A DNA stretch of 62,383 nucleotides, the filler included, from Globobulimina sp. (taxonomy: Eukaryota), in assembly GCA_003354225.1 (NCBI GenBank). It is 23 parts of 23 records of this genome, joined end to end, with 100 filler letters (N's around TTAATTAATTAA, not from the genome) between each part and the next. Parts side by side here need not be neighbours in the genome. Positions count along the whole stretch, not along the records: positions 24,465 to 27,081 come from PIVH01005701.1; positions 27,182 to 29,798 come from PIVH01005702.1; positions 29,899 to 32,515 come from PIVH01005703.1; positions 32,616 to 35,232 come from PIVH01005704.1; positions 35,333 to 37,948 come from PIVH01005705.1; 18 more parts are not named here. The stretch is one strand, 5' to 3'. Within the stretch, counting starts at the first letter, position 1; each line of letters opens with the position of its first letter. Below the pieces are notes generated by a model. That model did no database searches, was not told the origin of the DNA, and saw nothing but the letters and a program-made list of their open reading frames with translations. Shown piece by piece: positions 24,365-36,852 of the stretch. A program made the position numbers and the translations under genes.

Positions 24365-24465
24365 NNNNNNNNNNNNNNNNNNNNNNNNNNNNNNNNNNNN
24401 NNNNNNNNTTAATTAATTAANNNNNNNNNNNNNNNNNNNNNNNNNNNNNNNNNNNNNNNNNNNNG

Positions 24466-24954
24466 AATCAAATCAAAAACATTGTTGAAGCTGAAGAGGA
24501 TTTACTCATTGAATTACAAAATGTTGATTTAATTGAAAAATGTTCACCGTCATTTGGTGGCATGTTAGAAAAATTAGGCAAATATCGTTGTGTTATAATA
24601 ACTGCACAAAGCAGCAATGGTGAATTTGATTTTAAATCGCGTGTATTTTGTCCAACGTGTGGCATCAACGAAGATCCAGTCACTGGATCAGCGCATTCTG
24701 CATTGGGTGTGTTGACTACATCTGACAAGTTGTAAAATACCGGAAATATATTACTTGTAACATCTTAATTATAATTAGGTGTTTATTGGGATACAAAATT
24801 AAAGAAAAACGGTAAATTTATGTCTGCTTTTCAAGCATCAAAACGTGGCGGAAATATTCAAGTCAAGTATGATAAACAAAGAGGAAGAATACTAATACTT
24901 GGCAATGCAACGACAATTTCGCATATATCCATGATGATAAAATCTAAATTATAA
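24466..24954 (+). CDS. phzF: PhzF/PhzC-family isomerase (PBLD-like), 5'-partial, intron 24707-24778; missing from the ORF track
   Basis: Manual translation: VIITAQ...FDFKSRVFCPTCGINEDPVTGSAHSALG|VYW...AFQASKRGG...RILILGNATT*. Confidence 0.9.
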
Positions 24955-25188
24955 ACAAAAAACACTTGTTATAAATGTGTATGCATAATAACAGCATAAT
25001 AAATCTATAAAATACTATTTTCATAGGCTACATTTTCTTAATCATAAGCGTTAGAACTCCTTCATAGATGCAAGGGATTTTCACAGAAGCAAGTCGTGCG
25101 GATAGTTTTCTATGGATTTATTATGCACAATTATAACAAGTGTTTCTCGTGTTGCAAAAAATCAATATTGCCAACATATCAATAAAAG

Positions 25189-26734
25189 TCAATGTTTACT
25201 TCCAAATATTATTCCCATAACCGTCATATTTATTGAGTTGCTATTTTTTATTCCTTTTGGGAAATTCCAAATCGTACACCACATTGCAACCGCAATTTGA
25301 AATATGACAGTTGGCAATACATTTGTCCTTAACAGCTTGAACAAGTTTGGAAATGTATTTTCCTTCACACGTTTCATAATCCATTCCATCGCTTTAGGTA
25401 CACAATACAGCATCAATTCCGGTCTACGTCTTTCATTCTCAATAAACAGTGACAAGCCAGTCATCAATCCACCAAAACAGGCCAACCACCACGGATCGTC
25501 ACGTATTATATTACGAACAAAGCATAGCGTATATCGCATATTAAACACATACGTCGCCAGAAACATCGCAGACACGATGGTATTCCATGTTTTTTTTTTA
25601 ATAAATTCTACTGGCTCCAACAAAATACTCTTCGGCGACAACAAAATGGTCGGAACAAAGTGCACAGGAAAATACATTTTGGCCGCACGGCCCAGCGCAA
25701 AAAACCAGTCTTTAACAGAAAAATACAGACAACTGTGAGTATTATGCCATATTGGATAACATTCCACAAACTGTTCGTGAGGCAATCGGTAATTTGCACC
25801 GGAAGGCGAACGCAACACAGTTTGGACAGCGTGTTCCGGAATGTTGCCCATTCCCAGTATCCATTGATAATATTTTCGATCCAAATGTGCTGGATCTTTG
25901 ATTGCAGCAAACATTATAAGCACTTGTGACGCTGAAAAGGTCATCACATCAAAATGTTTGATGGCTGCTATTTTTTTATGTGCTACACATAGTCGAACAG
26001 CATCTGAGATTGCTCGAACAATGCAATACAAAGCAATGGTATTCCGCCGTTTTGCGGTATCCAATAAAATGAATATACTGCAAATAAATCCCGCAATGGT
26101 TTTATGCCAAACTGGGTCTCGTAGGCGATATCTTCGCAAGCAACATAATATTACTTTGTATGTAAAAGACATCAATGCAAAAATATTGGCAAATAATAAT
26201 GAGTCCTGACTTAAATATATTTGCCGGATTCGCTGCCAAGATATGGTACCGTTTTTGAATAATTTTCCAGAGAATAAACTTGTGAAAAATGCTAAACTTG
26301 TTTTGAATATAAACGCGGCGGCAAATGTCCGCCAAAATCCTTTATTGTTGGCAATGAAAACATGTGTTTTGTTGATTTGTTTTGTGATTTTGTTTTTTTT
26401 ACGTACCTTTCATGAATGCATTTTGAATACAATGATGGCGATGGGGACATAATAAAAAGCGCCTTTTTTCAATGATTGAGATATCAGCTTTGATGATATC
26501 ACGTATTAATAAGCGATATGATGGTATAGAGCGGTATAATTTTAATACGTCATTTATTTCTTTTGATTTGGAAATATTTTTGTTTTTTGATGGAGATAAT
26601 GATGACAATACTGGCGTGGATATTGATTTTGGAAGTCTTGTTTTTCCTTTTGGTTTTGGTTGGATTGGTGTCAAATCATCCATGATTTCATTCTTTTCCT
26701 CATCATCATGAACATTTTTCTCCGAGTCACTCAT
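25189..26734 (-). CDS. TMEM135: Transmembrane protein 135-like, intron 26340-26406
   Basis: RRNTIALYCIVRA, MYFPVHFVP and SLFIENERRRPELMLYCVPKA; the GTACGT...AAAG intron joins the two ORFs in frame. Confidence 0.8.
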
Positions 26735-26785
26735 TGAAAACCGCTCTATAGCTAACCCGAAAACCTTGCTAATAGTTGAAAGGAA

Positions 26786-27081
26786 ATGGCATTTTTAGCT
26801 GTTTGTTTAATCTCGTTTGCAATTGCATTTGATGTCGTATGTAGCAAAGAACCGATTTGTGATGGTGGTATGTACTGTGGCGCAATGGGTGAAAGCATAT
26901 GTTGTCCTCCAAGTTCTTGTAAAATGGATTATTGTACAAATGTAGCTGTGGGATTGGATAATGATCGAAGTGGAGCACATTTTAACCCACAACAAAATCA
27001 TGATTCGTATCCACGACCACAGACTGGTTATTTTATGATACCGACAAATGTTGCTATTGCCGTTGGATTATTGGTGTTAAT
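26786..27081 (+). CDS. Small secreted or membrane Cys-rich protein, 3'-partial
   Basis: Signal peptide, C-x5-C-x5-C...CC...C...C, start of a hydrophobic segment. Confidence 0.55.
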
Positions 27082-27347
27082 NNNNNNNNNNNNNNNNNNN
27101 NNNNNNNNNNNNNNNNNNNNNNNNNTTAATTAATTAANNNNNNNNNNNNNNNNNNNNNNNNNNNNNNNNNNNNNNNNNNNNTTTTGACTGACAAGTTACT
27201 GCACGCGTATGCATGGGTAATAGTTGCGTGTTTTGCAATTGTGGAGCAAACGAAAGTGCGTAAATGAAATATGTTGTCGACAATCAATATTCTACTCTTG
27301 TTTTTTTTGTGTGATTATAATTAGATATTTTATTAAATGAAGATTAT

Positions 27348-27893
27348 TTGGAGGAATATCATACTTTGCAAAATCGTGTGTTGGATAGATATTCTATTAC
27401 ATTTGCCAATGATGAAGATTATGTCCATGGATTATTATTATTTAAATTATTAATTTTATCCGGACATCAACGGATATTGAATAAACTGTCACGCATTTTA
27501 TTTCCAGTCGGAATTGAGGAAGAAAACATTATGACAACGTTTAGATCTTTGGTCCAAATGCAATGCGTTCAACAAATGTTAATCCATAATGAGTTAAAAA
27601 TGACTGCGTTTGAGAGTCTTCTCGATATTTGGATTGCAACTTCATTTCAAAAACACCGATCATCTGAGTCAGCATTGAAGTATATTCTGGAAGACGAGTA
27701 CACCCAAAACGCATACATAAGACAACAAAACTTGCCAACTGTAGATACCACAGGAACACTGTACATAACATGGGTCAAAAACAATGAAGAGTTTCGCACA
27801 CAATATCTAGCAAAACGAATAACAACAATTCATGCGGATATAATGGCATTGAATAAACAATTTGTATTTGAAAATCCGCAACGACTCTTATAG
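27348..27893 (+). CDS. Hypothetical protein exon
   Basis: 181-aa ORF, no family recognised. Confidence 0.4.
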   Translation: MEEYHTLQNRVLDRYSITFANDEDYVHGLLLFKLLILSGHQRILNKLSRILFPVGIEEENIMTTFRSLVQMQCVQQMLIHNELKMTAFESLLDIWIATSFQKHRSSESALKYILEDEYTQNAYIRQQNLPTVDTTGTLYITWVKNNEEFRTQYLAKRITTIHADIMALNKQFVFENPQRLL

Positions 27894-28017
27894 AGCTATA
27901 CGTATTGTTGTATGTAAGGTTCTTGCTACAGATTACAAACAAATTAAATAGATCTCCGCAGCACATGGAAAAGTTTTGTAGTTAAATTAAAACCGCATCT
28001 ATCCACTTCCAGACAGC

Positions 28018-29560
28018 ATGTCACCTCATATCTGGCTCTCTATCCTAACACTATCACTCACATTAATTACAAACACCGTGTTTTGTGCCTTTAACTGTAG
28101 AGATGAACAATGCTGCTCATACAAAGCAGCAGTAACACCAAATGCAAATATAAATTGTAATACATTATCGGTCGAAGCTTGCATGGAGACGTTTGGCTAT
28201 ATGTGTCAATGGGATTGCCCCCCAAACACAATAGATACAACATTAAGAAATGCAGGTTTTACTATAAAAACATATAAAAAAATATCAACGGGAGATGGTG
28301 AATATCATGAACCGAAAATTGAAGGCAATCCACCAACGTCATTGCATGGTGAACCGCAAACAGTAGACCAAGTCATCAAATATACGCGAATAGAATCTGT
28401 GGATGAATGTGGTGTTGTTTATGAATATGAAATGGATCCAATATCAGCCGCCAATGAATTAAAAAGGCTTCAAGACGACGAGAAACAGTTAGGCAGACAC
28501 AATATGTCCATTTTTTGTAGACTCGATACAAACAAATATATCAAAAATCATCGGATAGGGAGGGTGACACTGATGCAAATCCAATGCTTAGTGCGTTAAT
28601 TCGTCGCTTGACTGTATTTGGCAATGATGAAAGATCGCGAATCACAAATCCACTCTCATTTGGCTTTAGGTACATAAACATTGTCCATTTATACTTATTT
28701 TTTTTCAGTTTTGCATCACTGATGACCATGTTTTGGGTTTTGCGATAATTCCATGAGAATACCATAACAAATACAAAATATGCTCGTCGATAACTGTCAA
28801 AACGCTCTCAGTGTACATTTTTGATGTTTCTGTACTGTTTTACTTAAACTGTTTTTTACTAACAATGCTGACTTGAGAGTCGTATACGTACCACTTTATT
28901 CACACTTGTTCAATACTTCCAAGTGGATATCTACAATTTTCAACATCGAGTGGCAAAGAAAAACGATGCTCAGCTTCATTGATATCCTCTTCATGGATAA
29001 TAACAGCGGCACATTGCGTTCATTCCGGAGTGGGACCGTGGAGTACAGAGTGGTTTAGTAATTGGAGATTTTATCCTGCCGCCGTTCATGGCGATACTTC
29101 TTATTTGCAGTCCATTGAGTTGCAAGGTGTGACCGCATATACTTTTAGCGAATGGACCAATGTGTATGGCCCTAATTGGGATTATGACATTGGTTGGATC
29201 CATATTAATGGCGCTGGCAATGCGCATGTCGCAAATCCAAACAATATAATAAGTATTAACTACAATGATAATTTGCAGCATGGCGCGTACTTTCACACTG
29301 TGGGCTATCCCGGGGATAAGACGTGGTTAACTCAATGGTATCAGAACTGTGATTGGGTGTATATTGTGGAGGAATTTATGGTGACGGAGAGCTGTGATAT
29401 CTATGCGGGCTCTTCTGGCTCTCCGGTGTATCAACAGATATATGGAGGGAGGAAGGAAATAAATTGTATTGTTTCGTGGGAAAATGATTATTTTAATGGA
29501 TGTGCAAGAATTACGCAATCTAAGTATGATGTAATATGCTCATTTATTGGATGTGTTTAA
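28018..29560 (+). CDS. Secreted trypsin-fold serine protease of glutamyl-endopeptidase (V8/Mpr) type; probable introns about 28488-28558 and 28670-28923
   Basis: Signal peptide; RRL-TVFGNDERSRI mature start; RCSASLIS, ITAAHCV, DYDIG, GYPGDK, CDIYAGSSGSPV; intron borders tentative. Confidence 0.85.
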
Positions 29561-29774
29561 TAAAATGATGGTGGGTAATGATATCAAAGGTGCGAGATCT
29601 TTATGGCGGACAATTGAACGATTTATTCCACTCTTGTTTGAAGAGCCAAACCCCGGCCCCATCAAATATTGTCTGGAGCGTATCGGGCATATAAATTCAA
29701 GCAAAATGCGTCTTCCTATGATGGATATTACAGATAAACTGAAGGTAAAAATAGATAGGGCAATGTCGTTTTAG
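29547..29774 (+). pseudogene. dapA: C-terminal fragment of a DapA (dihydrodipicolinate synthase) family protein
   Basis: NDIKGARSLW...LLFEEPNPGPIKYCL...GHI.S.KMRLPM matches the DapA C-terminus; no catalytic N-terminal part upstream. Confidence 0.75.
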
Positions 29775-29899
29775 GGGCTTTATTAAGCCTAAGACAATNN
29801 NNNNNNNNNNNNNNNNNNNNNNNNNNNNNNNNNNNNNNNNNNTTAATTAATTAANNNNNNNNNNNNNNNNNNNNNNNNNNNNNNNNNNNNNNNNNNNNA

Positions 29900-32515
29900 A
29901 AAGCGGTCAAAATCAAATTGCCCTCAAAAGATGAGTGGGATAAAAATCTCAAATCGATTTTGCAGCGCATCCCGAAAAAATTTAAAGTTATCAAAGCTAT
30001 GAACGATTCAGATTGGTGTTTAAAAATCAAAAACAATGATTTTATCATCGAAAACAAACAAGATTTTGCTAAAATTGGTGCGATTATCAACAGTTTGAAG
30101 CCGCCGGTAATGCTCCAAATCATCGATAGCATCAACACAATGACCGACAATTTGATCAATGACATGTCTGTCAACGAAATCAAAGTGCTACAATCTGCTT
30201 TGAATAAGGCACCCAAAGCCAAGGCAGCCAAACCGCAGCCGCTCGGCTTAGCCGTTCCCAAATTGCCCAAACATTTATTACGCACTCAGTCGTCGCGCAC
30301 AGTGCGTATCGCCGCGTCCAAGCCCAAAGTTTACGTCTTTAACAAAAACAAAGGCTATAAATATAAGCGGAAAACGCCAAAAACATTAAAAAAAAAGAAA
30401 TTAACCAAAGAATTGGCGGAAATCAAGGAAGATGAGGACGACGACAACAAAGACGACGCCGAAACAGAAGACGAAAAACCCGCTGTCAACATTGAGGAGT
30501 TGTTGGCCAACCCTTTGTTTTTGGCCTTTGAGTCTATCAAATTGACGGACAAATTGATCGAATTAGGAACGTATATCGCCGTCTTACCCGACGACAAGAA
30601 AAAGCAGCTCAAAAATACCCTGAATAACATCTTGGAAAAACACAGCAAAGGCTCAGGTATAATTTGTGTGCAATCTCAATCTCCGTCCGTCGTAACCTAA
30701 AACAACACCAAACCCACAGCCAATAAGGAGAACAACCTGCAAATCTTCCAGATGCTGCTCAGTAACATGGCGTCCGCCGGCGACAACGAATACGTTGGCG
30801 GCATGTTTAAGTTCCTCGCCTTGTTGGGCTACGCCGTGGGTGCTCGCGGCGAGATATCGGGCGACGCGGACCCCGCCGTTTTGGAGGACGTCGCCTCTGC
30901 CTTCTACCACCTCTCCAATGCGATGCAGAAGCCGCGGCCCAACATCTACGACTTATTAGGCATCGAAATCCCCGACGAAGACAACGATATTTCGCGCCAC
31001 GCCTCCGGCCTCAACTGCGCTCGCTTTATCATCTTCGAGCTCAACGAGATCTTATTAGAGAACCAGCAGTCTTCGTTGGTGGACAAATCCGTGTTAGACC
31101 CCATCCGCTTGGAGCGCTTCATGAATTTCTTGGTGCCCGGAGCCAGCAAATACAAATGCAAGGAAATCTTCTTCGAGAAGTTGAAGAAATTGCAGGTGTT
31201 CAGCATCGGCTTGTTCGGCACTCGCGAGGAGATTCTGGGCCTTTTACTGCACAAATTCGGCGCCATTTCGCGCATTTTGTATGACCGACTGTTGCAGGAC
31301 GAGGATAATAGTTGGCTGCGGCCCGGAATCCACGCCATTATGCCGGTGGGTATCCAGAAGGGGCAAGGAACGGCAATGCAGCAATGGGACCATATCATTT
31401 ATCTCTTTTATTTCTCGATGCACCGCTCCTTCGATATGAAGGCCATGAAAGCCGTGAAATATATGCGGAAGGACCCGAGCTGTTTGCTGTCGCGCGTACT
31501 CTTTGAAATTAGTAACACGGTTTGCATCAATGTGGCGACGGAGGAGCTGACTTCGTTTGGTTGCGTCGAGGAAGAGGACGAGAAACAGGATGCGGTGCAG
31601 AGTGGGAAGAAGAAGAAGAAGCGGAAAAGGCGGCAGAAGCTGAACTTTTCGGTGGAGGAAACCAAGGATAATCATATTATGGCCACGCCGCAGCCGAGCA
31701 AAGCGATCCAAATCAATGTCAAATCTGACGACGGCCGCAATGAATGGAAAAAATTTGCCATTGGTATGTGTTTTTTTTCTTCGGTTTGAAACTGAAACGT
31801 TTTGCTGTTTCCGCATTTTTTTTTCAGTTTGAAACTATTTCCCGTTTTTGACGGAATCTATTTTCAGTTTGAAACTGCAAAAAATGGCATATTGTTACAT
31901 AGGCAGTCGAGTGGATGTTTATTCTGAGAATGGATGGTTTACCGCAAAGATAACGGGTATTAAGCTAAAATCCATTCAAATTCATTACATTGGCTATTCC
32001 TCAGAGTACGACGAATGGCTAAGTATCGAGCATGGCGCAGATATTTATTGCGACTGCGAGAAGCTATGCGAAAATGACGTCCATTTATTGTCCAAAGTGA
32101 GGACGCAGACCAAATACCAGCACATTGCGGAAGAAAATGACGGCAAAATCGATTATCAGTTCGTGTCCAACCGCAAGATTCGCGAAATTGCGTCGGATTC
32201 GTATTTATTTGGCGGCAATAATTTGAATGGGTATATGCAACTATTCAAGGTTGAAAAACGAGAGGGCCGCGACCAAAACACCGAGCAACTGACGAAGAAA
32301 AAAGATTTAATCGCGTTTCTCACCGATTTGAACGAGAAACATATCTTAAAATGGACCTATGAGTTCGCCAAATCGTTCGGAATCCGAATGTTGGCGCAGG
32401 CCGCCCTGAATAGTAAAATTTATAACACTTTTAAGTTAAATATGAACCGCATTAACGAGCAAGAAAAGGAAGCCTTACTTCCGGATACCATTCAAATTGA
32501 AGTGGACCGAATCAT
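29900..32515 (+). CDS. Large protein with Tudor-knot/chromo-barrel-like domain; partial, introns 30657-30719 and 31764-31902
   Basis: Both GT-AG introns restore the frame; spliced WKKFAIGSRVDVYSENGWFTAKITG...IHYIGYSSEYDEWLS. Confidence 0.7.
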
Positions 32516-32615
32516 NNNNNNNNNNNNNNNNNNNNNNNNNNNNNNNNNNNNNNNNNNNNTTAATTAATTAANNNNNNNNNNNNNNNNNNNNNNNNNNNNN
32601 NNNNNNNNNNNNNNN

Positions 32616-35232
32616 ATGCACGCACGGCACACGCATGCGTATGCGCACGCATGTGATCATGATTGCATGCATGCGTGCATACATGCCAACAACATTATCA
32701 CCCACATCAAGTAACCATCAACCACATGCATGCATGCACGCATGCACGCACGCACGTGTGCATACACGAGCATGCATGCATGTGCGATGACACACATGCA
32801 TGCGAACGCACATGCACATACATACATATACACATGCATGTGAATCAATGCATACATGCGTACGGGCACGCAAGCATCCATACGCACACGCACACATGCA
32901 CACATATCACCCCGTGTGTGCACCCACACACCGGGACACATGTGTATGCGTGCATTCACACACAGCCATTTTCCAACGCACGCACACATGCACACGCCAA
33001 CGTGTGTACGTGCTCAAACACATATGAGTGCATACACGCACGCATGCATGCACCCACTCATACACACTCCAATTTTCCGGACTGCATACACGCACAGATG
33101 ATTACGCGCATGTGCGCACATTCGTAACTGTTGTGCACATATGAACATGCATGCGCAACATCACACGTGCACATGTACACACACACACACACGCATGCAC
33201 ATGCGTGCGTGAGTACGTGTGCACATACACGTTTACATGCATGCACTCGTGAAGCATGTGCCGTAGTCAAATGTGTGTACATGCACCTATAGTTCACAAC
33301 ATGCATGCACACATTGATGTATGCCCCCACACACAATTACCCCCATACGCATGGTTGCACACGCACACATGGGCATGACCATGCATCAATGCATGCGCAC
33401 ATTCATATGCGTACATGTTAATATGCACGCATGCACACAAACGAATAGACGCATTTGCATATACGAATTGTTGTGTGTGCCTATGCGTGCACATACGTAT
33501 ACAGGCATGCATGAATGCATACACGTGTGCGTGCATTAACACATGCAACCACTCATATGCACACACCGCATGCATATACACATACATGCGCGATCCCACG
33601 AATACGCAATCACAGACGTGCACCCACGCGCGAACACACAGGCATTTACACATGCACACGTGCATGCACACACATGCACAGCTCTATGCACACATGCGTG
33701 CATGCACACGCATATGCAATCCGCACATCGTGCAACACACTCATACATGTATGAGATCATGCATGCATACATCCACACACATTCAAACACGCACCTCGGC
33801 ATGCATTGCACAATGCCCGCATGCGCACATGCGTTCATACAAATGCGTGTGCACATTTACGTGCGTTTGCGATGATATATTTATGGATGCACATGCGCAC
33901 GCATGCGTACGGATGTGCGCCCGTAGAATCAATATTGCATGCTCGCGCGAACATGCATACTGACATGCATGCATTTATCATTGCGCACACGTATGCACAC
34001 GCACACACACTGTGCCATGCATAAACACACGCATGCGTGCAGTCGCGCAGTCATGTGTTCATGAATAAGGTCACACCGTTGTGCATTCATGCGAGCATAC
34101 ATGCATGAGCCATGCAACACGCACACCCACACACACATGCGCACATGCACGCACATGCACGCACGCACGTGCTGGTGTTGCGCCGCAGCAACTCACACAC
34201 ATTCATGCATGACTGTGCGCATGCATGTGATGCTTGGCGTTTGCACACACGCACACCCACGCCCATGCACGTGTGCATATACAAATGCGCGTGCGCATGC
34301 GTCAACATATGCATATGCGCGTACCTATGCACACATGTAAGCCCACATGCGTGCGCCAACACAGTTGTCAATGCACATATGCATGAATTAGTGGGCGCGT
34401 GCGTGCACACATGTATGCATGCGCACATGCACCCACACGCATGTTGGTACACCCATGCATGTTCGCATTCATGCACACTTAGTAATGTGTGTATTAACTC
34501 ATGCATGCGCGCACGCATGCACACACGCATACGCGCATGTGCGAGTCCATAGCTGCGTGCATTGCTTTGCACACACGCATGCACACACATGCACGCGTGC
34601 GTGCATATATGAATGCACGCACGCGCGCATAAATACACAACTGTGCGCATACGCACGCGCACACACAAACGCGCATGCATACATGCACGCACAATTGTAT
34701 GCATGTGCACATGCTCACATTGGGGCGTTTGCGCAATTCAATCATGTGTGCCGCATGCGGCCACCGATTGACGGCGCGCGTGTTGTGCTAACCAGTTGGT
34801 TATGCAATCATCCGATACCAACAATTGGTGCCCCGCGCAGCGCGGTATGCGCTCGTACACTCAGCCGCTAGCACGAGCGTATGGACATAGCATAATATGT
34901 GTTGTCGATGCTCATCACACATAATGTGTTGATTCAGTGGCTTGGTGTGGCGACAGCATGCTACATGCGGGCGCTATGTGCGCGCCATTGCTTCTACCCG
35001 GGTAATGCGAACTATCATTGCATACAACAAGTATTGTGATTATGAATGCATGCATGAACTCGTACGCGCATGATTCAGTTGTGGCATGACTGCGAACGAT
35101 CATGAACACACCCACGCCGATGTGTGTGCATGCACACATATAATTGAGTACGCGCTTACATTGTCACACATGCATGATGGTAACCATTGATGCATATGCA
35201 CGCACATGCACATGCATGCAATCACGTGTGCA
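32616..35232. repeat. Cryptically simple purine/pyrimidine-alternating sequence (CA/TG/CG/TA mix) filling the whole contig
   Basis: Continuous ATGCACGCACACATGCATGCGTG-type text with no fixed unit; all His/Ala/Cys/Met/Thr/Val ORFs here are by-products. Confidence 0.9.
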
Positions 35233-35332
35233 NNNNNNNNNNNNNNNNNNNNNNNNNNNNNNNNNNNNNNNNNNNNTTAATTAATTAANNNNNNNNNNNN
35301 NNNNNNNNNNNNNNNNNNNNNNNNNNNNNNNN

Positions 35333-36619
35333 TATTCTTTTTACATTAAACCTCGACGCAACAACCCGAATAACAACAGAACCGGATTTTGACCACAAAT
35401 ATAATCGATCATTATTACAGGAAATGGCTAATTGCAATTTATTATTTATCGTATTCCAAACCATCGATTTGATCGATTGTTTATGACATAAAATAGAATG
35501 AAATACCAAATATTTCATATCCCAAATCCATACAATTTTATTCATATTTTCCGAAATTAATGATAAAAAACGTGAATTATGACTCCATTCACATTTAATT
35601 ATACCAATCGGTGGGCCGTTGTTATCGGAAATATTTATATTATGCATATTATTCGAATTAACATCAATGTTATTAATATCTCGCAAAACGTATCTTGTTT
35701 TTTCTTGATATATTTCATTTTCTTTTTTTTCTTGCTTTAAATTTACATTCAAATTAACTGCGACTTCTTGATAACAAATTGTTGATTTTGTTTCATATTT
35801 TTTCGAAATGGAAGCTAACGAAACAAGCGATTGTTCGGCAACAATTCGCCAAGTCATTGTATTAAAAATTCGTATTTTATTATCGTAGGAGCCAATGGAT
35901 AAATATTTATTATTTTTGCTAAATGAAAAACATGCAATTCCCAAAGCATTCTCATATGCTGAATATTCAAATACTTTCCTGCCGCGAGGTGTATATATCA
36001 CAAACTTGTATAATAATGAATTATTTATACATAATATGTATTGATCATTATCAGACCATAATATATCATATAAATCTGTAATAAAATCGATATTAAATCG
36101 ATGTATTAATTGCCAATGTTTCACTGAATAAATACCTAAAATGTCCATATGATTTGAACGTTCTGTAACTGCTAAATATTGCCCGTTGTTACTAAATTTA
36201 ATACCGAAATTATTATATTTTGGATATTTGATATATTTTGCTTGACCGTTAATTAGTGACCAGATTGTTAGTCTTATTTCAAATTCAGAGACGGTAATAA
36301 TATGTTTATTATCTGGCGACCAAAACGCATTGGTCAATCCGGCTAAACCTTCTTCGATTTTGGCCTCCCATTTTATATCCGATATGCACCAAATCATTAC
36401 AATTCCTCGCTTACGGATTAAACATAATATATACTCGTTGTTTGACGACCATTCTATTTTATCGATTATATCTATACAGGAATGGACACCTATTATTTGT
36501 AAGGAATCACCACTTCGTATCATTAGTTGATTACCTTCCGTTGTTGCTAATAATTCACCTGATGGCGACCATGATAATCTACCTTTAACACCGTGGAGTT
36601 CACTGAATTGCACTGACAT
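35333..36619 (-). CDS. WRAP73: WD40 protein WRAP73/WDR8 (centrosome/cilium), 3'-partial
   Basis: MSVQFSE start, IDKIEWS, WEAKIEEGLAGL, WSPDNKHI...EFEIRLTIWSL, YSAYENALGI, IGSYDNKIRIFNTMTW. Confidence 0.9.
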
Positions 36620-36852
36620 GCTCCAAACTAGAGCTTTAGAGTTACAATGTTTTTTTTCGTCTTGATATCTTAATTGGTGAAGTGAGCAAAAATTAAAGGA
36701 AAAAAATAGATACAATTGCGTATCAGTTGTGATTGTAATCAGTATAAAAGGATCATGATTACAGTACAACAAAAAGAAACAATTATGTATCCCAAAAATT
36801 ATTACATTCTCAAACAAACTTTGTGATTGAAATCAGTTTAAAAAATCTTGAT

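Noticed and set aside
31780-31880. GTTTGAAAC repeats as a CRISPR array
   Set aside because: Only three 13-bp copies, inside a spliceosomal intron, with no cas genes
32657-35139. About 30 overlapping His/Cys/Met-rich ORFs as metal-binding proteins
   Set aside because: Alternating RY sequence rarely makes stop codons, so ORFs appear in all six frames
35285-36817. ORF-track N-terminal extension of WRAP73 from 36817, and ORF ends running into N spacers
   Set aside because: The extension uses a non-ATG start, the conserved start is ATG 36619, and the X runs are spacer artefacts
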